64,000 nt of DNA from an uncultured virus (IMG/VR IMGVR_UViG_3300025407_001324) (IMGVR_UViG_3300025407_001324), one strand, 5' to 3'; counted from the stretch's first letter, positions 33,085-40,204 are shown. Notes: a model not told the origin generated them from the sequence alone. Translations and numbers: made by a program.

Positions 33085-33561
33085 TTAGTTTATATTCCAA
33101 ATTTCGTCAAATCCTTCTTCAAGGGTAGGATCTTCCCAATTTTTAATCATTTTCACAATCACATCGCGTGGAATATTTTTACCAGGTCTGTTGTTCACTC
33201 TGGTCATTATTTCACTCATCGGCGGGGTTTTACACACTACCGCAATTTTATAGTAATCGGGCAGTAACTTTATTTTTCTTAGACGACTGGATACTGTAGT
33301 ACTGGTTTGATCCCATATAATATCACGACCTTCTTCGTAGGCAAGTTCTACCATATGAAGCATCAACTCCAGTGCAGTAGGCATATACTCTTCAAAAATT
33401 TCTGAATAAGTAACACCTCGACTCTTGGCTTCACGCTCTACCCAATAGTCTGTGCTGACAATAGCACAATCATTTGACCAATTTTGGGCGTTGACCCACG
33501 TGCTTTTACCGCTAGCCGGTACTCCGATTAATACATAAAGTTTTGGTTGTATTTTTTCCAT
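33085..33561 (-). CDS. AAA_33 family (polynucleotide-kinase-like) P-loop kinase
   Basis: GVPASGKST, WDQT, PTLEEGFDEI; TTGACT-N17-TATAAT at 33568-33596. Confidence 0.85.
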   Translation of the reverse strand: MEKIQPKLYVLIGVPASGKSTWVNAQNWSNDCAIVSTDYWVEREAKSRGVTYSEIFEEYMPTALELMLHMVELAYEEGRDIIWDQTSTTVSSRLRKIKLLPDYYKIAVVCKTPPMSEIMTRVNNRPGKNIPRDVIVKMIKNWEDPTLEEGFDEIWNIN

Positions 33562-33576
33562 ACTGTTATTATAACA

Positions 33577-34569
33577 CTATTTGGAATAATAGTCAACAAT
33601 TGCCATAGCAGAAGATATTGCTTGATGCATATCCAAGTAGACATAATTACCGCATCTACCAATAAAAGTCACACGATCATTGGGTATGGCTTTGTAGTTT
33701 TTATGCAACAGTTTATTTGCAGGAGTCAGCACTGGGTAATATTTTTCTCCGTTGACTTCTGCCGGGTCACAGGGCTCTTCTACGGTGATTGATGTATAGT
33801 GGGGATTTTCTCCGTGTGCTGAAATGTGTTTCCATTCTGTAGCACGGGTGTAAGGACCGTCGTGAGTAAAATTAACAGTTGTAGTAGGAAACAAATGAGG
33901 CACAGGCAAACTATAATGATGAAACTTTATTGAACGATAGGGCAATGCACCGTAACAGTAATCATAGTATTCATCGATGGCCATACTGTTAAATGTATGA
34001 TCAAACGCTGTTTCCAATGTTCGGTCAAACGGAGTAGACAATTTCACTGTGATGTTTGGATGATCAAATATATTTGTAAACAATGCTTCGTACCCGTTTG
34101 CAGGAAACACTTGATAAGTATCTTCGTAATACCGATTGTCACGATTATCGCGAATCCTGACCCTATTCAACACTTCAGGATCTAACTCTTTATAGTACTT
34201 GCCCCACATTTTAGTAGAGTAAGGTTCGATAAAAGTTTTGACATAATCATCTGCAGGAACACGATCCAAGGTATTTAGGTTAGCGGGCCAAGGCACATAA
34301 GTACCGTCGGCTAACAATGCTTTACCATAGTGTTCGTAAGGTACCCACTCGGTGAATCTACTCAACCAATCATAAACTTTTTTATTGCTGGTGTGAAACA
34401 AATGAGGACCGTATTTGTGTACTCTCAGACCGTATTGGTCAACATAATCGTATGCATTACCACCAATGTGTGGACGTTGATCTATTACTGTGATAGTGTG
34501 CCCTTGTTCTGCTAACATTCTAGCAACTGTGGCACCACTGAATCCTGCCCCGACTACCAAATAGTTCAT
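33577..34569 (-). CDS. glf: UDP-galactopyranose mutase
   Basis: VGAGFSG, HIGGNAYD, HKYGPHLFHT, LPYRS, YYP, Y.Y.DMHQ. Confidence 0.9.
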   Translation of the reverse strand: MNYLVVGAGFSGATVARMLAEQGHTITVIDQRPHIGGNAYDYVDQYGLRVHKYGPHLFHTSNKKVYDWLSRFTEWVPYEHYGKALLADGTYVPWPANLNTLDRVPADDYVKTFIEPYSTKMWGKYYKELDPEVLNRVRIRDNRDNRYYEDTYQVFPANGYEALFTNIFDHPNITVKLSTPFDRTLETAFDHTFNSMAIDEYYDYCYGALPYRSIKFHHYSLPVPHLFPTTTVNFTHDGPYTRATEWKHISAHGENPHYTSITVEEPCDPAEVNGEKYYPVLTPANKLLHKNYKAIPNDRVTFIGRCGNYVYLDMHQAISSAMAIVDYYSK

Positions 34570-35360
34570 ACTCGATTTCGCTCCCAAAGTTTTTGCCAAT
34601 CTTTGACAAAGAAAGATATGTCTCTTTCAGCACCTAAATGTATTGTGTGTGTGCCCAAGGGCATTAACATTTTAACATCAGGTTTATTCCAAACTGTACT
34701 TAAACTACTGCCTTCCCATGAAACATCATCTGAGCCAATTTTCAATAGCTTATCAAAGCCATCTCGGTATTTGGTAATCAATGATTTGGCGACTAAAAAA
34801 GATTCTTGTGTGTACCAAGTGGTTCTATAGTAACGGTCAGGCCCGGGAAGTACTATGCAAGGCCTTACATATACGTGGTTAAATGGATTTTCAGGATGTG
34901 GGTACATCTGATTAAAATCTTGGGGGAATATTCCTATACTCATACTAGTATCAAGACTAACAAAATATTCATAAGCAGCAATCATAAGTTTAATGCTGTC
35001 AGGATAGTGCAAGTAGTCATCTTCCACTATATAGACCAATTCATTTTCGGGCAACCGGTGAATATAATCGTAGGCCTGTTTAACTGAGTATCTTGATTTT
35101 TGTTTACCATTGAGACCAGTTTGATCTCGTTCGGGTAGTAAATCAAATGTTGTGCCCTTGGGAGCAATAGTTTGTATTTTATCAACTGTTTCTGCACTTG
35201 AATAATCGTCTACTATGTGCAATTGAAAATCTACTTTGGATTTTTCTAAACTTCTACTCAGAGAATTCAGGCATCGCCATACACACTCATTTTTAGGTAC
35301 GATACGATCGCTTTGTAAACTTGTACGATCACAAGTGCGTAAAACAACATTTAATTTCAT
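34566..35360 (-). CDS. GT-A fold glycosyltransferase
   Basis: IVDDYSS, YIVEDDYLH. Confidence 0.75.
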   Translation of the reverse strand: MKLNVVLRTCDRTSLQSDRIVPKNECVWRCLNSLSRSLEKSKVDFQLHIVDDYSSAETVDKIQTIAPKGTTFDLLPERDQTGLNGKQKSRYSVKQAYDYIHRLPENELVYIVEDDYLHYPDSIKLMIAAYEYFVSLDTSMSIGIFPQDFNQMYPHPENPFNHVYVRPCIVLPGPDRYYRTTWYTQESFLVAKSLITKYRDGFDKLLKIGSDDVSWEGSSLSTVWNKPDVKMLMPLGTHTIHLGAERDISFFVKDWQKLWERNRV

Positions 35361-35380
35361 TATATATTTACACAGGTTTA

Positions 35381-35454
35381 TGGCGTCCTGCCAGGGATTC
35401 GAACCCCGACCAACGGTTTTGGAGACCGGTATGCTGCCGTTACACTAGCAAGAC
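35381..35454 (-). tRNA. tRNA-Trp(CCA)
   Basis: Cloverleaf, loop CTCCAAA, encoded CCA. Confidence 0.9.
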
Positions 35455-35459
35455 TTACT

Positions 35460-35535
35460 TGGTGCATCGTGAGAGACTCGAACCAGTATCGCTCTCCGTG
35501 TAAAGGAGACGTATCACCTCTCTACGCACCCAGGC
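35460..35535 (-). tRNA. Chimeric tRNA-Val(TAC), likely defective
   Basis: Anticodon arm intact, but the acceptor and T stems do not pair. Confidence 0.6.
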
Positions 35536-35968
35536 TCTTATATTCTCTCAAATACTGATTACGCTTTGTAATCTTCTTGTATCTGCTTCCTTTACCTTTA
35601 CTGCCAAAATTTTCTGTTTGAGTATGGCAGTTTGGGCAAAGTAATCTTAAATTCATTGGATAGTTGTTATCACTATCACCGTCTATGTGATCTAATTGTA
35701 GCACCAGAGACTTGTTATTCCAAATACTTTCTTGTCCACATTCGAAACACTTTTCTCCAAACTTTTCTATTAAGTATTTTTTTAGAGAAGGTGATCCTCC
35801 CGGAACCTCACCTTTTTCGATTCTATCTATAGTTTCGTTTTCCCATTTGTATTGTCCTTGGCACACATTATTACAAAATTTATTAATTTTGCTATGTCCC
35901 CACAGGTTTTCTTTATTACAATATAGGCAACTATATTTTCTGTTGCTTCCTTTTATTCCACTTGGCAT
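35522..35968 (-). CDS. HNH (homing) endonuclease
   Basis: CFECG...LQLDHIDGDSDNN...NLRLLCPNCH; GGAGG RBS. Confidence 0.9.
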   Translation of the reverse strand: MPSGIKGSNRKYSCLYCNKENLWGHSKINKFCNNVCQGQYKWENETIDRIEKGEVPGGSPSLKKYLIEKFGEKCFECGQESIWNNKSLVLQLDHIDGDSDNNYPMNLRLLCPNCHTQTENFGSKGKGSRYKKITKRNQYLREYKSLGA

Positions 35969-36011
35969 AGTATAGACCTCCACATATATTTAGCATAGGT
36001 CTATGTTTTTA

Positions 36012-36032
36012 TACCAACTGAGTTAACGATGC
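36012..36032 (-). pseudogene. Orphan 5' fragment of a tRNA
   Basis: GCATCGTTAACTCAGTTGGTA; its GCATCGT pairs with ACGATGC at the 3' end of the chimeric tRNA. Confidence 0.75.
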
Positions 36033-36036
36033 AATT

Positions 36037-36110
36037 TGGAGCGGGATACCAGAATCGAACTGGTCACTGGACCTTGGCAAGGTTCTGTTTTACCAATAAA
36101 CTAATCCCGC
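36037..36110 (-). tRNA. tRNA-Gly(GCC)
   Basis: Cloverleaf, loop TTGCCAA, CCA. Confidence 0.9.
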
Positions 36111-36118
36111 AACTAACT

Positions 36119-36193
36119 TGGTGCCCAATGTCTGAATCGAACAGACGACCTACCGCTTACAAGGCGGTTGCTCTACCTCTGAGCTAATCGGGC
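36119..36193 (-). tRNA. tRNA-Thr(TGT)
   Basis: Loop CTTGTAA, CCA. Confidence 0.9.
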
Positions 36194-36206
36194 AAAAACT
36201 ATACAT

Positions 36207-36298
36207 TGGCGGAAACGGTGAGATTCGAACTCACGGTACATATTACTACGTACGACAGGTTAGCAACCTGCTGCCTTCGGCCACTCGGCCACGTTTCC
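36207..36298 (-). tRNA. tRNA-Ser(GCT)
   Basis: Long variable arm, loop TTGCTAA, G73. Confidence 0.9.
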
Positions 36299-36349
36299 GA
36301 ATTCTGTGTATAATTTTTTCTTTACTTTGCTTATGTTAGTATATGCTAT

Positions 36350-36378
36350 ATTATATAGTCAACACAGACCTGTGTCAA
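36350..36378 (-). promoter_or_regulatory. sigma70 promoter inside the tRNA array
   Basis: TTGACA-N17-TATAAT. Confidence 0.75.
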
Positions 36379-36386
36379 CTGTTTCT

Positions 36387-36478
36387 TGGCGGAAGTGGTG
36401 AGATTCGAACTCACGGAACACTTGCGTGCTCGATAGTTTTTAAGACTGTTGCAATCAACCGGACTCTACCACACTTCC
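36387..36478 (-). tRNA. Ser-type tRNA body with anticodon TAA
   Basis: GGAAGTG acceptor, G73, long variable arm; loop CTTAAAA. Confidence 0.85.
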
Positions 36479-36483
36479 TGATT

Positions 36484-36563
36484 TGGTGCCCCCACTCAGA
36501 TTCGAACTGAGACAGATTACTCCCTTTTGAGGAGAGTGACTTTACCAATTTGTCTATGGGGGT
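36484..36563 (-). tRNA. tRNA-Leu(CAA)
   Basis: Loop CTCAAAA, A73, short variable region. Confidence 0.85.
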
Positions 36564-36575
36564 ATAAATATTTTT

Positions 36576-36740
36576 GTGAGAACTTACGATAATCTAACAC
36601 CAAGCGGCCTACATTTCCACTTGTCTTACAATGACGGTATATGTTGTGTTATGGTACAAGATATCTACGACAACACTTACTTTGAATTACAGTATTTCAG
36701 TGATATCAATAAAGCACTACGGTTTGTAAATAATCTTTGA
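36576..36740 (+). CDS. 54-aa hypothetical protein antisense to the tRNA array
   Basis: GTG 5 nt after TATAAATA; fills the gap between two tRNAs. Confidence 0.6.
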   Translation: MRTYDNLTPSGLHFHLSYNDGICCVMVQDIYDNTYFELQYFSDINKALRFVNNL

Positions 36741-36741
36741 T

Positions 36742-36816
36742 TGGTCCGGCGTAGAGGAATCGAACCTCTATTGATAACTTAGAAGGTTACTGTTCTATCC
36801 ATTGAACTAACGCCAG
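36742..36816 (-). tRNA. tRNA-Arg(TCT)
   Basis: Loop CTTCTAA, CCA. Confidence 0.9.
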
Positions 36817-36823
36817 TATATAA

Positions 36824-37110
36824 TGGTGCGAGTACCCGGAATCGAACCGGGATGGGATTTCTCCCGACAGATTTTCTTACCACTATAGTTTTCACTACCC
36901 TTACAGTTTGTGGTCTGGACTATACCTTAACCATTGCTTACGCTTTAGGTTCCTGCCGTCTAGTCTCTACACGTTCCCTTTTGGGCTTCGCTCGGTATTA
37001 GCATTTTACAGCTTTCACCGAATTTGACAGGTTCTACTCTTATCGTTTCCAATAAGGCACTCAAATTTTACTCTTAAGTCTGTTGCGTCTACCTATTTCG
37101 CCATACTCGC
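36824..37110 (-). tRNA. tRNA-Leu(TAA) interrupted by a group I intron
   Basis: Exons 37110-37076 and 36875-36824 join to give ACAGA-CTTAAAA-TCTGT. Confidence 0.9.
36876..37075 (-). ncRNA. Group I intron (200 nt, no ORF)
   Basis: Inserted after U34, ends in G; P/Q/R/S-like AAATTCGGTGAA, AATACCGAGC, GTAGAGACTAGACGG, AAGGTATAGTCC. Confidence 0.9.
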
Positions 37111-37118
37111 ATTTACTG

Positions 37119-37203
37119 TGGTGCGGGCGGTGAGACTCGAACTCACACACCTTACGGTAATGGCTTCTAAGACCATCTCGGCTACCAATTACGACACGCC
37201 CGC
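37119..37203 (-). tRNA. tRNA-Leu(TAG)
   Basis: Loop CTTAGAA, variable arm, A73. Confidence 0.9.
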
Positions 37204-37236
37204 AATTTCTTCACATACTATATATAGCATAATATT

Positions 37237-37310
37237 TGGCAGGCCCACTAGGAATCGAACCTAGGATAGCAGAATCAAAATCTGTTGTGATACCATTTCA
37301 CTATGAGCCA
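37237..37310 (-). tRNA. tRNA-Gln(TTG)
   Basis: Loop TTTTGAT, CCA. Confidence 0.9.
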
Positions 37311-37316
37311 ACAATT

Positions 37317-37392
37317 TGGTGGTAATAAGTAGAATCGAACTACTGACAGGCGGCGTATGAAGCCACTGCTCTACCAACTGAGCTATATTACC
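37317..37392 (-). tRNA. tRNA-CAT (elongator Met or Ile2)
   Basis: Loop TTCATAC, paired 1:72. Confidence 0.85.
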
Positions 37393-37453
37393 ATATAGAA
37401 ACACACCCCCCGCGGACTTTTCACTCCCATTTGGTTACGAATGTGTTTTTATA

Positions 37454-37529
37454 TGGTAGGACCGCCGAGATTCGAACTCGGGACCAATAGATTAAAAGTC
37501 TACTGCTCTACCAACTGAGCTACGATCCT
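37454..37529 (-). tRNA. tRNA-Lys(TTT)
   Basis: Loop CTTTTAA, CCA. Confidence 0.9.
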
Positions 37530-37652
37530 TTTGCTGTTTTCTTGTCTACGAATTGCTTTATTGCTTTTCGTATGACTACCCGCTTTCTTAAATAGTGCCA
37601 GCTTCACGAAGGGGTTACGTGGAGCGGCGATCGGTTTCAATGTTATCTTCAT
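37500..37652 (-). CDS. 50-aa basic protein ending inside tRNA-Lys
   Basis: AGGA RBS; MKITLKPIAAPRNPFVKLALFKKAGSHTKSNKAIRRQENSKRIVAQLVEQ. Confidence 0.65.
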   Translation of the reverse strand: MKITLKPIAAPRNPFVKLALFKKAGSHTKSNKAIRRQENSKRIVAQLVEQ

Positions 37653-37669
37653 TTGATTTTCCTAAAAAT

Positions 37670-37744
37670 TGGTAGCCACGGTTGGGAACGATCCAACGAC
37701 CCTTCGCTTATCAAGCGAATGCTCTACCACTGAGCTACGCGGCT
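37670..37744 (-). tRNA. tRNA-Ile(GAT)
   Basis: Loop TTGATAA; atypical T-loop ATCGTTC. Confidence 0.85.
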
Positions 37745-37757
37745 AAATTAAACAGTT

Positions 37758-37834
37758 TGGTCGGCCTTGACGGAGTCGAACCGCCAACCGCTGGTTTCGA
37801 AGACCAGAACTCTATCCAGTTGAGCTAAAGGCCG
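37758..37834 (-). tRNA. tRNA-Arg(TCG)
   Basis: Loop CTTCGAA, CCA. Confidence 0.9.
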
Positions 37835-37842
37835 AGAGTATC

Positions 37843-38220
37843 TTAGACTTTTTCATATCCCAAGTCTACTCTTTCGCTATAGTAGCCGTTTGATTCACCT
37901 AACCATCTTACATCTACATAACCCTTGCGAGTAGCAAACTTGTAAAATGTCCAAGTATAACTTTCGTATGCTTCAAAGTCAGCAGGAGTTTCTCCGTCGA
38001 CTTCTTCGGCTACTACCAATGGAGCACCTTCCAAATCACTCAAGTCACCTACAATGTCTTCAATCCCAACTGTTTCGCAACAGTCTTGCATATGAAAGAA
38101 AACATAACGGTCTACATCGTTTTCAAAGGTCAATGTGTTTTCACTGGCAGTTACTTTGGTAAAAGCTTTACCTACCATATCTGCAATTTTAGCAGCTGCG
38201 TGATAATCATAATAGTTCAT
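37843..38220 (-). CDS. Hypothetical phage protein
   Basis: HMQDCCE...WTFYKFAT.KG.V..RWLGESNGYYSE; AGGA RBS. Confidence 0.8.
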   Translation of the reverse strand: MNYYDYHAAAKIADMVGKAFTKVTASENTLTFENDVDRYVFFHMQDCCETVGIEDIVGDLSDLEGAPLVVAEEVDGETPADFEAYESYTWTFYKFATRKGYVDVRWLGESNGYYSERVDLGYEKV

Positions 38221-38242
38221 TATGTTTCCTTTCTTTTTAATT

Positions 38243-38329
38243 TGGTGGATGAGGTTGGACTTGAACCAACAATGCCATTACGACGGAAGATTTACAGTCT
38301 CCTGGGGTTACCAATTTTCCTACACATCC
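38243..38329 (-). tRNA. tRNA-Tyr(GTA)
   Basis: Loop CTGTAAA, variable arm. Confidence 0.9.
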
Positions 38330-38337
38330 AAAATACC

Positions 38338-38412
38338 TGGTAGAGCGTACGGGAATCGAACCCGTCTTACCAACGTGAAAGGCTGATGTCCTAACCAATA
38401 GACGAACGCTCC
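38338..38412 (-). tRNA. tRNA-Glu(TTC)
   Basis: Loop CTTTCAC, CCA. Confidence 0.9.
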
Positions 38413-38422
38413 AAAAAAAAGC

Positions 38423-38497
38423 TGGTGGAGGATAGGAGATTCGAACTCCTGATTGAAGCTTGCAAAGCTACCGTGTTACCAACTATACCAATCCCCC
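38423..38497 (-). tRNA. tRNA-Ala(TGC)
   Basis: G3:U70, loop TTTGCAA. Confidence 0.9.
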
Positions 38498-38502
38498 GCA
38501 AA

Positions 38503-38570
38503 TGGCGTCCCTGTAGGAGTTTCACCTACTCACTGCCCAGAGTTGCGAACTCTGCGTGGATTCCCAGGAC
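38503..38570 (-). ncRNA. D-armless tRNA-like RNA
   Basis: Acceptor-like stem, T-like arm GTAGG-TGAAACT-CCTAC, CCA end, no D arm. Confidence 0.6.
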
Positions 38571-38577
38571 ATAAACT

Positions 38578-38654
38578 TGGCGGAATGTACGGGACTCGAA
38601 CCCGTGGCCTCCGACGTGACAGGCCGGCGATCTAACCAACTGAGCTAACATTCC
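38578..38654 (-). tRNA. tRNA-Asp(GTC)
   Basis: Loop CTGTCAC, G73. Confidence 0.9.
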
Positions 38655-38695
38655 AACTTTTATTTTCTTAACTTGTTTCTATTATAGCAGAAACA

Positions 38696-38722
38696 AATAA
38701 CCCGCACAACCGGCGGGTTATT
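38696..38722. other. Hairpin inside the tRNA array, beside an extended -10 (TGCTATAAT, 38681-38689)
   Basis: AATAACCCGC...GCGGGTTATT inverted repeat. Confidence 0.55.
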
Positions 38723-38744
38723 GAATGTTGTATTAAAACAACAG

Positions 38745-38822
38745 TGGAGGAACGGGAGGGATTTGAACCCCCGGTTTTAGGGATTTGCAATCCCTTGCAT
38801 TGGGCCGCTCTGCCACCGTTCC
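38745..38822 (-). tRNA. tRNA-Cys(GCA)
   Basis: Loop TTGCAAA, U73. Confidence 0.9.
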
Positions 38823-38826
38823 AATT

Positions 38827-38902
38827 TGGTTGCGGGAGGAGGAATCGAACCTACCATCTTAGAGCTTATGAGACTCCAGTGCGACCACTACACTTTCCCG
38901 CG
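38827..38902 (-). tRNA. Initiator-like tRNA-Met(CAT)
   Basis: C1xA72 mismatch, loop CTCATAA. Confidence 0.85.
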
Positions 38903-38914
38903 ATAATATGATAT

Positions 38915-39364
38915 TTAACTGTTAGTTATTAATTTAAGAAACTCTTGACTGCCAATGGCATTCCACCCACCGTCGATTGTATAGTACAAATTTGGAATAT
39001 TACCAACGGTGTATTCCATGAATAACCATGATAACACCGTAGCATCCATTTTCTTGCCAGCTTCTGTTATTTCCCACCAGTCAATTCCATTTTTAGATCT
39101 TCCGGTTATGATAATATTGGACAGATTTGGTTTCATCCATTCTGGAATATGATCATTGATTAACCACTGACAATGATATGTTTGACATGGATCCTCGGGT
39201 CGAGAATCATAAACAGTACAACCGTCGGCACCTAGATAGTGGCATTTTCTTCCCTTCCAATACGAATGTCCAAGAGCAGAACCAGCTAGCCATCCTTCAC
39301 AGCAAGCAGTACAACCGTTACACGATCTATCTGCTGATACTATTGGGATATTAATTGGTATCAT
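38915..39364 (-). CDS. Cys-cluster (YkgJ-like) protein
   Basis: CNGCTACC...CHYL...CTVYDSRP..C..Y.C.W. Confidence 0.7.
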   Translation of the reverse strand: MIPINIPIVSADRSCNGCTACCEGWLAGSALGHSYWKGRKCHYLGADGCTVYDSRPEDPCQTYHCQWLINDHIPEWMKPNLSNIIITGRSKNGIDWWEITEAGKKMDATVLSWLFMEYTVGNIPNLYYTIDGGWNAIGSQEFLKLITNS

Positions 39365-39398
39365 AATTTTTATATTCGATTTTTCAGGAAGGACCTAA

Positions 39399-39668
39399 TT
39401 AGGCTGTTCGTTTAACTAAATGATAGCCAAACTGTGTTTGTACTGGACCAACAACTTTGCCAATATCTGAACCAAAAGCTGCATCTTCAAACGGCTTGAC
39501 CATCATACCGCGACCAAATGGACCAAGGTCTCCACCATTGGCTTTACTGGGGCAACTGCTGTGTGCTTTTGCTAATTCTGCAAAATCTGCACCGTTGGCG
39601 ATTTTTTCTTGAAGGTCTACTGCTTCTGCTAATGTACTTACTAAAATATGACTTGCTCTTACTTGCAT
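39399..39668 (-). CDS. ppiC: Parvulin peptidyl-prolyl isomerase
   Basis: ASHILV, SSCPS...GGDLG.F, FEDAAF, TQFGYH. Confidence 0.95.
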   Translation of the reverse strand: MQVRASHILVSTLAEAVDLQEKIANGADFAELAKAHSSCPSKANGGDLGPFGRGMMVKPFEDAAFGSDIGKVVGPVQTQFGYHLVKRTA

Positions 39669-39686
39669 TTTATTTCCTTATTGAAT

Positions 39687-39764
39687 TGGTCTCGGATGAG
39701 GGATTTGAACTCTCAGTCTCCTGGTCCCAAACCAGGCGCGATAACCAGATTACGCTAATCCGAG
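39687..39764 (-). tRNA. tRNA-Pro(TGG)
   Basis: Loop TTTGGGA, CCA. Confidence 0.9.
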
Positions 39765-39772
39765 ATAAACTT

Positions 39773-39846
39773 TGGAGCGGGGTAACAGAATCGAACTGTC
39801 AGCTTTAGCTTGGAAGGCTAAGGTATTACCACTATACGAACCCCGC
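39773..39846 (-). tRNA. tRNA-Gly(TCC)
   Basis: Loop CTTCCAA, U73. Confidence 0.9.
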
Positions 39847-39853
39847 AAATTTT

Positions 39854-39928
39854 TGGCTCCCCAGCGTGGGATCGAACCACGGACCAATTGATTAACAGTC
39901 AACTACTCTGCCGCTGAGCTACTAGGGA
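39854..39928 (-). tRNA. tRNA-Asn(GTT)
   Basis: Loop CTGTTAA, G73. Confidence 0.9.
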
Positions 39929-39936
39929 ACGAAAAC

Positions 39937-40152
39937 TTACTTAACTTTTTTCAAGTACTCTCTGCCTACCAATCCTAATTCGATTTCTTCCAGTGCAGCC
40001 ACAATAGGTGTGCTGGTAGTTACAATTTTAGGTGTCGATCCTCTTCGAATTTCACGAACTCGTTGAGCAGCTACAAGTACTAAATCAAATCTATTGCCGA
40101 TTTTAGCAACACATAGATCTGTATCATTCATAACTCTTGTATCTTTTTTCAT
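39937..40152 (-). CDS. rpoZ: RNA polymerase omega subunit homolog
   Basis: C..KIGNRFDLVLVAAQRVREI...P...ALEEI..G. Confidence 0.85.
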   Translation of the reverse strand: MKKDTRVMNDTDLCVAKIGNRFDLVLVAAQRVREIRRGSTPKIVTTSTPIVAALEEIELGLVGREYLKKVK

Positions 40153-40175
40153 TGGTATTGTGTCCTTAAAAACAT

Positions 40176-40204
40176 ATTATAACAACAAAAATTGAATGTG
40201 TCAA
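40176..40204 (-). promoter_or_regulatory. Consensus sigma70 promoter for rpoZ and tRNAs
   Basis: TTGACA-N17-TATAAT. Confidence 0.8.

Noticed and set aside
35236..39808. Plus-strand ORFs over tRNAs (35236, 35321, 38086, 38453, 39518)
   Set aside because: Antisense readings of tRNA genes or neighbouring CDSs.
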